Source: Rotaria socialis (lineage: Eukaryota). Taken from it: a stretch of DNA of 64,000 bases. The number at the start of each line of letters is the position of its first letter. The first letter of the stretch is position 1. Of this stretch, positions 38,145-52,893 are shown piece by piece. A program made the position numbers and the translations under genes. The notes beneath the pieces were generated by a model. That model did not search any database, was not told the origin of the DNA, and saw only the letters and a list, made by a program, of their open reading frames with translations. Location: positions 288,975-352,974 of the forward strand of contig CAJNYD010000459.1 of the NCBI GenBank assembly GCA_905331295.1, read 5' to 3'.

Positions 38145-41043
38145 CTACCAAGTACAAGAAATGTTAATGAACAAAATTTGTTCATCTGGTATAAAATCAA
38201 CGCGTACATCATTGTCCAGCTGTTCATTAGTGTTTTTAATTGATACATTTTGTTTCCGATTTCCATGTCCATCTGTAATTGTAACCCGATAATTATTGGG
38301 TTCGTCCGTTGTTTCCTTTGCTCCATCAGTTAATGATGAATTTAACGATGTATCATCGTTAGAACTATATCCACTTTCGTATGCTAAATTTCTTCTTTCA
38401 GTAGAATTTTTCAATAGACAATCTTCTAATTTAAAGTAAAAGTGTGTTGGCTTATTTAATTCTAAACATTGGCTATTTACAGCAGGACCATTTAATTGTA
38501 TATCTTTTTCTTGTGTAGCTTGACAATAGAATGGATTATTTTCCGGAACAATTCCAGCATAATCAATCGATATAATATGTCGTCCTAATGTCACTGGAAT
38601 AAATGAGCATTTATATGATGTATGCTGATGATCAATTGATACAGCTGGAGAATTGTCCTCAGTTAAAACTTCTACATTTAGTAAATGACTTGGATCATCA
38701 AATGGATTATCAATAAAAACCTATTCGAAAACAAAAGAGTTAAGCAGTTAGATGACGAACTAACTTGATCTTACTTCAAATTCAACTGGACGATGAATAA
38801 TAATTTGTTCTGATAAACCAATAATACGTATATGAGGTTTATCTTTTGAAATATCTTCTCGTTTTACATGACAAGTAAATGGTGAATTCTGAATATCTTT
38901 ATTATGTTCTAGTATATGTATAGGACAAATGCCTCCTGCTAAAGGTGTATAACGTACAGTTGCCATTTGTTGTTCATAATCAATTTCGGCATGATAAGAT
39001 GGTTCTAAACAAAATTGTAAATGACTATGATTAGTAGTTGGATTAGTTAGTTTTTGTTGGCTAAGATCAACATAAAATTCTGTTGGTAAACCAACAATTG
39101 CGCGTTGAAGACCCGGCCCAAATGGTTTTAATATTGATAGACAATTGGTTTCATCATTTTTAACATCAATAATCAATTGACGATGCATTTTGTTATGATA
39201 TGAAATTGTTAGTTGATGTTCACCTGTGGACATCGGTTGATATGTTAATTCAAGTAAATCCGGTGATAGTATACGACGTTGAACTACAATTGCATGGCCA
39301 AATGGATCAATTATTGAAAGAGAAAATGGATCAACAGTTGATTTATAATACGAATTTGTTTGTGAAGTTATTCGAAGACGAAAACGTGCAATTGAATTGA
39401 GAATAACTTTTGTTGAACATCCATCGCCTTCCAATTCATAGTCAGGCATTTCTATTAATGAAGAAGAAAATTTTGTTTTTATGATCAAAATTTTTTTCAA
39501 TCAGTATTGATGAATAATTAGAATTCTTACTAAATCTTGGTATTGTGAGCATTTGCGAACGAAATGGTGTATTTGTCATGATGAAATCGATTTCAATCAA
39601 TTCAAAAACAAATGTTTAGTAGAATCGAAGTTGTTATCAGATGTATTTTTATGCGATATATTTTCTTTCTTTCTCTCTGTGTGTCCATCATATGAAATTC
39701 ATGGCAATGGATTCTTTTTCTATGTCGAGATCATAATTTTTTTCTTTACTATTTCTACGATATATATGTTTTTTATCATTTTTTCTCGGCATACAATCGA
39801 AATGCTAATTCGAAAATGTTAAAATAGCTAAGTGTTCTATATGGGTTCGTGAGATGAATAATCATTATTCAAAAGAGCAACATGAAAACACAAAATAATC
39901 GAATGGTAACATCGTCTGTCTAGTATCATATCTTTTCAATAGTAAAAATACTTGACATAAGAGATTTCTATCAGTAAGGTTTATCTGATAAAAAATAATC
40001 CTTGATAAAAAAAAAATAATTATCCTTCATTTTTTTTCCTCATTTACCTTGTATATTGATTTCTTTCACATCTTCTGATAATAATTGTTCTTTTGGTTGA
40101 TTAGGATTCTGTATAAATACCGTAAATGGATCAGGTGTTATTTGTGTATGATTGTAAAAAAATGATATTTTATAAATTCCTGCTTGAGTTATTGGTTTAT
40201 AGCTACATGAAAATAATTTAGTATAACCTTGGTCGTACGTGCTGATATATTTTATATCATTTAATACGATATTTTCATTCGGATCTAATATAACGATTTC
40301 AGTTGGCAATTGAAGATTATCTTCTATGGGTGTTGTTAATTCGAAACAAAATAGTGTTGACTGGTTGAGTTTATTATTACCATCTGATACGTGAATGCCT
40401 TGGCCAAAACAATGTACTTCAGGTTTTCTCGATGATGAAAGTGCAGCATTTGGATAGAAATAATTAAATGGTGAAAATCTTAATTTATGTATAAAATCAT
40501 TAAAATATTCCTCATTATTTAGTAAAGAACTTGCTGTTAAAGTCGACGGTAAATATATATGAAGATATTCTTCCATTAAACAAATGATTTCCTGTAAAAT
40601 TCTCAATGAATCTGAACAATGTATACGATATATATTGGGACATATAGAATTAAATATTGTAAATAGACGACGTATGCATGGCAAAACTTTTAAAAAATAA
40701 TTTTCATTGATATTTGTCAACAACGGTGCTTTTTTCATGTTGAGTAAATCCAGTTCTATTGGATTATTCCATACAAAATCATGTGTGTCATACAAGAAAT
40801 TTGATGTTGCTGGAATAGTCAAATGAAGAAGACGAGTGGATGCTGAATTCGGATATTTCTTTGAAGGATACTGCCGATGTACAACCATTCTTTTTGGAGA
40901 AAAATATTCTTTACTATACGGATGTCGATTGGCCTAGAAAATATACATGCATAGATAAATACAGAACTCAAGCAAACAAAGCATAGAGAGGGCCAAATGA
41001 TGCCAATGTCTAGCCGTAGCCAGCCAAATACGTATGCAGACAT
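38145..41043 (-). CDS. Short filamin-like protein (degenerate CH-like region plus several filamin Ig repeats)
   Basis: Filamin-repeat motifs VHCFGQGI...CSYKP..AGIYKISF.Y....I..PF.V, PFGPGLQRAIVGLPTEFYVD and YQPMSTGEHQLTISY. Exons 40048-40933, 38775-39451, 38145-38720. The first exon (ATG 41043) is uncertain. Confidence 0.8.
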
Positions 41044-43803
41044 GTTAAAAAAGAAAACGAAGGTCTGAGCCTATCATGTTTGGTATACGGTAATAGTTAA
41101 CAGAAGGAAAAGAAAGAATCAACTAAATATAACGATTATAGATCACGAATTAAGTAACTTCACTGACAAATACGTATGTTTTGTTGACCGTTCTAATCAA
41201 TTGATCATAGTGATCGTCAGTATAAAACTAAATACGTCCTTCATCACGACATAGTATTATGTTATTTTGCATATTAGGAATATAAATGAGAATAAAAGAA
41301 GTAAGTATCAACAATTTTGATATAAAACGAAAACAAAATTTAAATAGCACAGAGATTATAAATCTAATCTCTTTGAATTTACTATTAAGGATTGAATAAT
41401 ATAAATATCTAAGCTATAAAACAAGGTAGACATTGTATTAGCATACTCTAGCAAATCATCACATTGTTTCATTGATTAAATCATGACATCAAACAATAGA
41501 AACTGAAACCGTTCATCATTGTTTTACTTTTTTTTTGCTGAATAGTTCAACGATGACAAAACTCTTAGAGGCATCCGTACTATTCATCAAACTCTGCATA
41601 TGTATAGATAAATTTTCAGAAGTTTATTTAGAAAAAAAAGGAAAAGAAAAAACTCATATTTTTATCAAAGAAGTAATCCAATGTCATCTTAATAAAACAT
41701 ACTTGTAGATACTTATGAATTCCAATTGTTTGTATATTTAAACTTCTTCTTCCGAAGAAATGTTATAAATACCGAAAATATACAATAGAATCGCAATCTC
41801 CTTTTCACCCTCAATACTACCTGTTAGCCATACTCTTGTAGGTAATCATAATCCTACGCTCTTTTTTTTGCAATGCCAATTCAAAAGAAATTATTAATTT
41901 CTTTTTCAAAATTTTCAATCATTTTAAAAATATTGACACATTCGATAGTATTAATTATTGAGCTGTTACTGTACCGTTGAGTGTAACTGGAAAAATCTGA
42001 CGCAACTATACGTTCCATGATAATATGAACCAATAGAATTTTTAAGAAAAAAAACAATTAAATGTTATTCTCGTTCTAGTCGGATATATTTATTTTTTGG
42101 AAATTTCGAGTTTATAACCGAAGTAATTTTGATAGCAGGTAAGAAACACGATCTCTAGAAATTACTGTCGATTATGTTCAATAAAGAAAACAAATCTGTT
42201 TTATATATATAAAATAGAATGTGAACTGTAACTGTTATGAATAATACTTGAAAATTTCGTCGCATGCATAGTTACGAAGAACACATTTTCTTAGGATTAT
42301 TGATCAAAATGCATGTGTTGCAATAGATTTACTAGACGTACGAAATAGAAAGCAATTTAGATGATTAGATTAAGATAAATATCTTTCTTGTTTTCTACGA
42401 ATCAACCATTAACTAATAGACAGTCTTTTATTTTAAACAGTTTAACTGATTTGCATTTTCGTTATTATGATTTGATGCCCTTGATGAGGTGAAAACAACT
42501 CAATTGTTTTTAAAATAAACACAATGATTCTGAAGTCTTTTGCATGCTATACTGTCTGGCATTGTCTTATTACTTTTCACTATATATTTATTGTTGTAAT
42601 TATATCTGAATCATCAATTGCAAGACATATTCTTATTACTCACAAATCAATTGTCAGCAAGTAGAACAACAAAAATAGTCTACGTGTTGTTTGTTTCATT
42701 TATTTTATTATACTTTCTTCTTATTATCATAATCATTCGTGCTAAACTATTGATGTGCAATAATAATTTGTCTTGGAATAATTTCTTTAATCAACACACT
42801 TCTTATTCAGGTATGAACTATCATGTAGACATTGATAAAAAAATTTATTTATTTCGAATCAATCGAATTTTGTTGTTATAACCTTGAAAAATAACTTGAC
42901 TATTGCTTTGTTGTTTATTTCGTCTAGATTTTTTTTCACGCGTGAAATGATTGATTAGACAGAATTGTGAATATCGAATCGATCTTGATTTTTATCTCAT
43001 CTAGCTAATTAATAGATTTCAAATCTATTTAAAAACAAAAAACTTTTAACGAACTTGATTTGTCTTTCTTATTGCAACTAGACTAGTCATCGTTAATCTG
43101 TTTAATGATATATAGATCAACAACTTTTTCTTTAAATGTATTTTTTTGTCAGGGTTATTTGCATTTGTCATTTGTAAAATGATGAAACCATATGAATGAA
43201 ACGTTTACGTTCTTAAATTATTACTTTCATTGCATACCATAGGAAGTTGATAGAAATGATCGACATTTTAAAATTTTCATTGACCCTCAAGCTGATAATC
43301 GAATGTTTTCCTTTCTTGGCTTTATAATTAACAAAACTAACAAAGAATTCTCATTTCTTATTGTCGATTAGATATATATACAATCAACAGTGGTCGGTAC
43401 ATTCACCGTAACCTACGTCGAACGTTATTACAAGAAATAGAATGATGGATAACTTGTTCAATTAATGACCAAGACCTATTATTTATTTATAATAGACTAG
43501 CCAGACAGACAACGTATTTCTAGTTCATTGCCTTTTAGAAGCTGATAAAAGAAGCATAAACGAGAGAGAGAGAGAAAGGAAAAAGCTACAAAGTATGAAT
43601 ACAAATAACAATAATATAGATACGTTTGTTGTTACTTATTTTCTTGTACACGTAGTCGATTCGTTTAAAATGTAAACCCTAATATCCTTATCTATCATCA
43701 CGAGCAATCGATCATCAGCTTAGAATAAAACGAAAGCGACTTTTTTTTGGTGCTTGCAATATACAAGGATAAGAAAGCGAACGGGTAGAAAAAATAAAAA
43801 ATA

Positions 43804-43875
43804 CTCCGCGGCGGGGAATCGAACCCCGGTTTCCCGCGTGACAGGCGGGGATACTAACCACTATACTACCGCGGA
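43804..43875 (-). tRNA. tRNA-Asp (GTC)
   Basis: TCCGCGGTAGTATAGTGGTTAGTATCCCCGCCTGTCACGCGGGAAACCGGGGTTCGATTCCCCGCCGCGGAG: 72 nt, 7-bp acceptor stem, TTCGATT T-loop, GTC anticodon, oligo-T Pol III terminator just downstream. Confidence 0.97.
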
Positions 43876-45699
43876 CATTATTCATCTATAAACAATTTCA
43901 AATGATTGAAAGCATATTGCATTGATATACAGTTACTCAAACATATATTTTCATTTTAGTTAATAGAATCAGTCAGACTATATCACATAATTGATAATAA
44001 TAAAAATATAAAACACTTACACGCATTTTGCAAGAAGACGTTTTTTTGTAGTACTCCAAATGGACTTCTATTCACTCAAAAGACAGGCATTTGTATTACA
44101 TATAATCGTCAAACATGTACAAGTAATCAGCAATAAGGTCTGTTGATTTATGTAGAAGTAGTCATTGAGCGCATCATGAAACAGCCGGCGACCGCCAAAT
44201 TTTTTCAGCTCATTGCGCTCTGCTTCTCTCTCTCTCTCTCTTTCTTTCTTTTCACTTTTCTTGTTGTGTCTCTTTCTCTTACTCTCTTTCCTCTAATGGG
44301 AATGTAAAAATCGACAAATTGCTTTTGTGTAGAATACCAAAATCATATTTTACATTCAACAAGAAACCGGATTAAAAAGCAAATTGGTATTACGAGGAGT
44401 TCATTTTTCTATGTCAACGACTCCTCTGTATAGTATTTCAGTATAATCAATAACAGACATTAAAGACGATCAATGCCGGTGATCTGTAGAAATACCTTAG
44501 AAAGTGTGACATGACGTTGTGTGATAAAAATAAAAATAGCTAAAAGCACGTTGCTATTATTTATTTTTGTTGATTTATTTTTACAGAATAAATTATCTAT
44601 GAGATCAAATTGAATTCTTGTAGATGTCTGCATGTATTTTTATTATAATGCAAATCGACTCAAGGAACGTAAAAAAATGTACAAAGCAAAAACTAGCATT
44701 TTGCTTTTGCTCACTATTTGTTTATTTAGAATGTTGTCGGCGATCGTGTTATGATGTTGCCGAAGTTATGTTATGATTATCTGTTGAGCGTTGTCTTTTG
44801 ATATATGATTGATAAGTAATGGCTTTTATTTTACTAGAATGTACCCATCGAGTTGATTTATTATATCCGCTTCTTAAGTTTTACGCAGGCTTAAAAAAGA
44901 AGCAAAGCATATATCGAAGGATGGCTTCCGTATTTAATAGTGCAGAATGTATTATATTCATTGGGTGCAATACTGAAGATTTTGTATTTATTTCTTCCTA
45001 TGAAAAAGCTTTTCGAGCGTTAAAAGTTCAATATTGTCTCGAGGCAAAAACTAGTGCGCAACATATAGTTAGTTGAATATTTTATAAAGAATAAAATAAA
45101 AATCCTGTTTGAATTTCAAAATAATGTGGTATGATCAATGGCAAACGACATACCGATTGAATCGGTAAGACAACAGATTATTTCTCATACAAATCATAAT
45201 ATGATTTTACTATAAGCACAAATTTTTATTTACAGTATTGATAGAAAAAATATTATTATTCACTCGTATGAGAAAGAAAATCTGACTAGGATTGCTTTAT
45301 TCGATAACAAAAGTTGCGTATTTATATTTATCTTATATGAAAGTTGTATTTATATGCACTATTATTTTTTCTTTTTGGAAGAAATGGAAAATAAACAATT
45401 TAAAAGAAACGAAGAAGGTTTTACGTTCATATCTTCAAGGCATCTTTTATTATTTCAATGAAATACACAATATTCTTTTTTTTTTACAAAATCAATGCGC
45501 TTTTGAAATTGATGAAATTATGAACATAATAAAGCGTATATCCAAAATCGAATGAACGAAAAAGAAAACTAAACATGCATAAGTAATTTTTAAGAATAGC
45601 ACCGTATTCACATAAACATCCAATATCAATGTTTTCTTTTATTAAAAGAGATATTTTAAGTGAAATCGTTGAAAACTTAAACCAAATTTTGTACTATTA

Positions 45700-48600
45700 T
45701 CACGTAGTATTTAAATCAGATGTACTTGATCCTGTTGAATCTTGAGCTTTTCGAACTGATAATAATTGTTTCAGTATAATGTCTAAATTGATTTCTGTCT
45801 CTAAAACTTGTTTGGCTTGTGAACATAATACGTTAAGAATATCAAGTAATTTTCCAAGTTCAACAAAAATCTGCTGATTTAATACATTTTCATTATAATC
45901 ATTTTCTTCATTTTTATTGCTTTCATGTTTTTTTAATATCGAATCATTATCCATAAATTCACATTTGATAATATTTGATCTTAGCCATTTTATACTCGGT
46001 ACAGTAGATTCAATATAGATGAGTTCACGAATTCGATAAGCATCTAAAATAATTTAATCGATGAAATAACTTTTAATAAGAAACAAAAAACAATTTATAT
46101 TTAAAAACTCTTACTGGCTTTTGCTCGCGCATTTTCCATAGAAATATGTATGTCACCAATCGTTAAACCTAATAAAAGATTCATGAAAACAAAGGTCATT
46201 ATAACAATAAATGGTATAAAAAGCAAAGACGCTGCTAAAAAAGTTGGTTTCGAGAAAAAAAACGTTTCATAATCGTATTCTCCGATAAGCATTGCTGTCA
46301 GTTTATGCATCGATGTCGTAATAGTTAAGAATGCTGAATGATTAAAAAATATCATTTTTGTTGCAATTGTAAATGCTATGAGTAATGGCAAAATAACAAA
46401 TATTAAGGAAAAAAAGTTAAGTAATATTGATTGGAACATAACAATAAAATTTCCAATAAATGGAACTGAACGTAACATGAATGCTATATTAAACCATTGC
46501 AATAATGTTGACAGTGCTGCTAATTGCCATTGGCAATCTATGATTTGATCGGTGTTTTCATATGGTATAAAAGCCATGATTGATGTTAAAAATGAAATCA
46601 TACTAAACAATTGCGCAAATGGCACACGTAAACCACGATAGAAAATTATTTCTAGAAGTATTTTAAATAAATTCATTCCAGCTAAAATCAATATAATCCA
46701 TCTCATTGGTAGTATTAAGTTTTTAATTAACGGTGAAGATATAGGTTTTGGTGATTTTATATTGGGCGCAGACACAGTAAGAACATAGAATGTTAAACAA
46801 AGTAATAATAAAAATGTTAGTATACGAGTTGCATAAAAAAATGGACGATATAGTTTCCATTTACGTAATATAAGTTGTCGAGCTAAAGGATGTTCAAGTA
46901 GAGAATGATGTTCACTATCAAGCGCGATTATAAATGGATGATTACGATAAAGTTGATTACTATTTGTAGTATATAATTGAACATCATTCCTAATAATAAA
47001 AATAAGAATTAAACAATAGCGATCCATTACACTGTTCAGTATTCAAATTATAAAGTAACATGTTTAGGTGATCAACTTCGTTTTTCTTCACAGTTTTGAA
47101 TATATGAAACTAGAGAGCTGTTAGAGTAGAACTTCTACTCATGTTTACATTTGACCGTTGTATCGCTGCTCCAACAGGATTTCTTTTCTTAAAATTTCAG
47201 CTCAAGACGAAGAACCTACTCAGGCTATCTCACATATAGATTAGTTTTAGATATCATATAGCTAAGTAAAACATATATCTTTTTCTTCAAATGCTATGCA
47301 AGATATGGATATATTGATATCTTGACAATGTGATATGTAAAACTGATGCATACGAGATAGCATAATCGAATTTTCCGTCTATATTAAACTTGACGGTAAA
47401 CTTCCAAAATATGTTTTTTGTTTTTCCAATAGAACTCGTACAGAAAAAAAAACCATAAAATAAATTTTATCATGGTTAAAACTACACATGAGCAAGAATC
47501 CTTTGAAGTTTACGCTACCATAATAGTCATCGAATTATGACGGTCAACTGAGTCGATCACGTAAAACTATTCTTCCGTTGTAAATAATAGCTAATCTTAA
47601 ACAACTATTAGATAATAACCTAATACATATGTTGTTTTCGTTAGAAAATTAGTGTTTTTTTATCAACGAAAAGAGAAAGTATAACACTCGTGCACTTATC
47701 TATTATAGTTAATGTATTTTTACTTACAGAAAATAATCATCAATATATTCATATTTATATGTAATTCTTTCGAATGTATTTTCATTGAGATCTATTTCAT
47801 TTGTTGTTAGTATTAATTTATCAAATGCATGTTTTGCACATTGAGGAATATATCGTATCATATCTCTTAATGGTGTTTGATGATAATATTGTTTTGTTTT
47901 TCTTACTGGTGTAAGCCAATTTTCTATATTTGGATGTTCTAGAAGTACATGAATGGTTTCAATTTGTCTATATTTAATTGCTATTTCTAACGGATTTTCT
48001 TCTTCTTCTTCTTCTTCTTTTTGTTCTTTATCATTATTATTATTCTCATGATCTAGTCCGATATTTTGTGAAAGTAAAAGACGAACAATATCAACAAAGC
48101 CATTTCGGCAAGCCGTTATCAAAGGCGATTGTCTTCTTGATAGAGCTGATTCAAAATCAACCATATTTCTTGCCGAAGCTTTTATTAATAAATCAACACA
48201 TTCACTATGACCATTTTGTATAGCAACATGAAGTGCTAATTGTCCAAGATAATTTGGAAGTAAAACATCAACACCATATTTAAGAAGAATTTCTACACAT
48301 GCTGTATGACCCTGTTCGGCAGCTAAATGTAATGGTGTTTTTCCATCTTCATTTTGTGCATCAATATATAAATATAATGTTGATGATGTTTGTGAAATAT
48401 TTACTAGTTCAGAATTTGCTCTTACTATTGAATAATTGCGACTACTCATTGATATTAATTTGTCAGATTGTGTCATTTTTTCACACAGAAATTCAATTAA
48501 TTTCGAGTGATTATTTCTTGCAGCTATATGAAATGCATTCATACGTTGTTTATCTATTGTATCCCAACGAACATTTGGATGCGTTAATAGTGATGAACAC

Positions 48601-50459
48601 ATATCAATAGAACCTGTTTGAGCAGCTACTAGAAATATTGTACGATTATCTTTTTTTGTTACTTGATCAAATACTTTCAATAATTGATCACTGATGCCCA
48701 ATAGTAAATGTTCAACAATCATTTTTTGACCTTTCGATACTGCAATCATTAATACGTTCATATGATTATTATCAATACTTGAAATATCAGCACCAGATGC
48801 AATTAATTCATTGACAATATCGAGTTGTGTTGTTACAGATAAAGCTGTTTGACCATGACGATCTTTTATTTCTAATAAAGATGATTGACTTAGAGAAAGT
48901 AGTTTTTGAACGATCGGAAGTCGATTTGCAGCACTAGCGATATGAAGTGATGATTGATGATGTGAATTCAATATCAATGGATCGGCTCCAAATTGATGAA
49001 GAAGGTTGATCATGGATGGATCGCAAAATTTTGCTAGAAAAAAAAATCAACATAATAATTAAAATATTAACACAATATTTTCTATTAAATATATGTTCAT
49101 TGAGTTAAAATTGTTCAAAATTTATACTACGTAATTCTTCTCATTCATTATCAAATGTCTATTACCTGCTATATGTAGAGGAGTTCCAAATGATTCTATT
49201 TTATCATTGACTAACATTTCTAAAGCATCACCATGAAATTCACTAAGAATATATTGAACGGATAGAGTATTTCCATGTTGTACTGCCAAATGTAAGCATG
49301 TTGCTTTTGCATTTGTTTTCATCTGAACAAATTTTTGAAAATTAATTTCGTCCTTTGATTTAATCAATTTTATTATATCTAAATGACCTTTAGCACATGC
49401 ATAATGCAAGGGTATGCATTCATCTGCATCAATAGCATCGATTTTTGCACCACATTCAATTAAATATTCAACGATTGATAAAAAACCTTCTTTACATGCT
49501 AAATGTAATGGATGTATATCTTGGCGATCTGATGCCTAGATCAAATAAGCATTAAAATATTTACAAATTACCATTTCTCGTTGCCTAAAACTTACTTCAA
49601 TATTTGCATTCAATTTTATTAATTGTTTAACACCAGCAAGATTATTCCGAGCTACAGCATAATGAAGTGGTGTGAGAAGAAATTTATCACGTGCATTAAC
49701 ATTTCCACTAGCTAGAGCAAATAAATAAATTAATGGATGATCCTTTGAAAAGATTTTATTTTTATATTCATCTTGCCAAATGTCAACGTCTAGAATCTAT
49801 ACGGTGAAAAAAGCAAATTAAGAAATCAATAAAATTCATGAACTACTTTATTGTCAAAATCCGTTTCGATGTCAAATGGTTTTTCTTGCTTAGAACTATT
49901 GGTATTTAAAAGATTCGAAGGACGAAATGCTGAATGCATCGGCGTTCTACCATTTGCATCTTTAATATTAATACCAAATCTATTTAAATAGAAAATAATA
50001 ATAGTTATTTTCATTGCATAACCATTACTTTTGGCCTTACCGAAAATCAATACTCGATAAAAGCATAAGACAAACATCCAATTGTTGATACCGAGCAGCG
50101 TGATGTAAGGGTGAAAGGCCTGTTTCTAAATCAAGTCGATCAGCTATTTCAGCTGCATGTTTACCACAGCTCAATGTCTGCAGACTGTACTCTTTAAATT
50201 CACGTAAACGATCAATATCCCCTTCACGACATACCTGCAGAAACTACACATTATATTTGACGGTGAACAATGACGATAGACTTACTTGACTAACCATACT
50301 GGTGTTCCAATCGCCTGTTTTAGGAATGGCCGATTGTCTTCGTTCGAGTTCATCGGATTGAGTAGCAACTAGTAAATGACCTCCGATAATGTTTACATCG
50401 TCTCTATCAACCGAAGGATTCGATAACAGCAGAGGTTGACCTGAATTTTCACCCATCAT
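45700..50459 (-). CDS. TRPA1: TRPA1-like ankyrin-repeat cation channel, multi-exon
   Basis: Many ankyrin repeats (TPLHLAAEQGH, TPLHYAV, TCLHLAVQHG), pre-S1 LLEHPLARQLILRKW, six-TM region, pore MLIGEYDY, S6 FMNLLLGLTIGDI, short C-terminal coiled coil. Orthology within TRPA is not established. Confidence 0.9.
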
Positions 50460-51559
50460 ATTCTTATCACATTTAAAATAAAGTGATCACTCAGCTTTTT
50501 TTTTTCTTTCTTCCTTGCTGCCAGATTCTTTCTGTTCGAGCACTAAGTGAAATCACATCGTATTCTTTTTTTCTCTTGTTACTACCGTTTTTTATTTTAT
50601 GGAAATATAAAATGACAACGCATGGACTGCATAGAAAGAAAAAAACATTTTCGTTCTTTTGTATTTGCGCACTCATGAAACGAGTGAAAATGTATAATAA
50701 AAAAAAGAAAAGATCTTACCTTTTTTCGTACGTATTGATGTTGACAAACGTCAAGAATTTATATTCATAAAATGAATGTATATTTTTAATTCAATATAGA
50801 AATTAATTTAATTTAAGAAGTAAAAATAGCAGCAGTGTTGTAATCTCATCCAAAGTTTTGATACTGGTTTAGCCAAAAAAAAGAAAAATGGATATGAAGT
50901 TCTCTAAGTGCCCATATCTTGATTTTCAAACAACAAATGACGCATACCGATGAAGAATATAACATTGAAGATACGATTACTAAAGTGCGTCGAGATCTAA
51001 AGCAATATGCAAATCTTCTAATATGCTAAATCTGTGGTTTCATTGACATTATTTAATATTCTAGTTTTTAATCCATTGGAGATGACTTGTCAGTGACTTT
51101 GCGATAAACTTAGAGTATTCAAAGATATGCATTGCAAACGAAGCGACAATTAGTTTTATCTTTTAAATAGTATGACTGCCAAATTGATTGCATTATCTGT
51201 CTAAATATTGATAAACAAAAAGGCGTGAAATAGTGTTTTGTGATTGAATTGATTCATCGAAAATCAATGGCCAAAGGCAAATTGTAAAATATTGCTATGT
51301 TTAATGAATTCTTTTAGAATAAATGCTGAGTAATATTCATCTGAAACAATTTTTGTCTTTCATTTCAATAAAACAACACAGATGATTTGACATTTCGTGT
51401 TCTACCGATAGAAGATAGTTGTTGATCTTATATATGTAGTTAGTCGAAAGCAAAAAACATAGTCGTAGTGTAGTTTTATCACTACAAGGTCTTTGTAATT
51501 TAATCATTGTCTATATAACGAACATAAAAACATATGAAACTAGTAAGACTGGCCATAGA

Positions 51560-52699
51560 ATGGAACAAATCACAAGTTTCTTATCGGTCTTAGTCATTAT
51601 TTTGAGTTTAGTTCATCAAAACGAAACAAGAGAAAATGAATTCAACAATGAAATTATATTAAAACGACTTCGTCGAATTATACGAGGTCATGTAGCAAAA
51701 CCAGGACAAGTAAAAATAATATTTATTTTTAATTCATTGTTAACATTATATTTCATATCTGATTTTTTTGTTCTAGTTTCCGTATCAAGTATCTATTAAT
51801 AATAATGGAGATCATTTTTGTGGCGGCGCTTTAATTCATAAAAAATGGGTATTAAGTGCAGCACATTGTCTTAAATAGTCAGTATCTTTGCGTTTTTCTT
51901 TAAATACATTCAAATACATTTCATAAAAGTATATATATATATATACATTTAGTTTTACATCAATGCAAAATTTTTATGTTATTATGGGTGCTACCTATTT
52001 AGATCAAGCTGATCCAAAACATGTACAAATTTCGCGTATTGATGCACATTTTCTATTTCCAAGATATGATCCTTGGTAGTAATACCGTTTAAATTTTTCT
52101 TCATCAATTATCTTCTTTTTCTTTTATTAACATTCATTTTCTATGTTCAATATATAGGGGTGACCCAAAAGATGGCAATATAACTCGAAACGATCATGAT
52201 TTAGTCCTATTGAAATTACAAAATCCTGCTCGATACACTAATCGTGTTCGACCTATTCAATTGCCTGATCCAAAAAATCACCAGATAAGTCTTGAAAATA
52301 AACAACAATGTATCGTATCAGGTTTTGGTACTATCAAAGATGCACGTCAAAGTCATGTACTCAAATATCTAACAGTACCTATTGTTGATCGTGATCAATG
52401 GTATTTATTTTTGTTTTGCATTAAAATTTTATCATTGAATATTTTCTCTTAGTGCTCGAGGTCATCGACCAAGACGTATCAAAGATTTTCATATTTGTGC
52501 TGGTTATTGGCATGGTGGCAGTGATGCATGCAATGGAGATTCTGGTGGTCCAATAGCTTGCTATTCAAATCGAGAACGTATATTAGTAGGTATTGTATCA
52601 TGGGGAGTAGAATGTGCTCGTCATGGTACCTATGGTGTTTATACACGTGTGTCACGTTATCTTAAATGGATTAATCAAACAATTGAACGACACAATTAA
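51560..52699 (+). CDS. Secreted trypsin-like (S1A) serine protease, 5 exons
   Basis: Signal peptide, RLRR|IIRG activation site, HFCGGALI...[33 protein letters not shown]....YGVYTRV. Catalytic triad and S1 Asp intact. Confidence 0.95.
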
Positions 52700-52893
52700 G
52701 AAATAAAACACAAAAATAAAACAGAAGAAAAAAACCAACGATTGGCTTTAATACAAGCAGGCATGTGTAAACCAATTGCTTAACTTCACAAATTTTACAC
52801 TTTTTTTATACAAAAAAAAGAACTGCTTGCATGAAAATATTTTTGTTTTTAATATAAAAGAACAAATCACAAAAATATTTAACTAGTTATCAG

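Noticed and set aside
40819..41043. Independent 74-aa membrane ORF overlapping the filamin-like gene
   Set aside because: Better explained as a short first exon plus intron, given the in-frame acceptor at 40934-40935.
42618..43450. Type II membrane protein or pseudogene fragments
   Set aside because: No ATG-initiated consistent spliced frame; hydrophobicity is explained by T-rich sequence.
47978..48610. Plus-strand ORFs of 81 and 103 aa (also 39200-39400, 56228-56527, 32809-33168)
   Set aside because: Antisense shadows of real coding exons.
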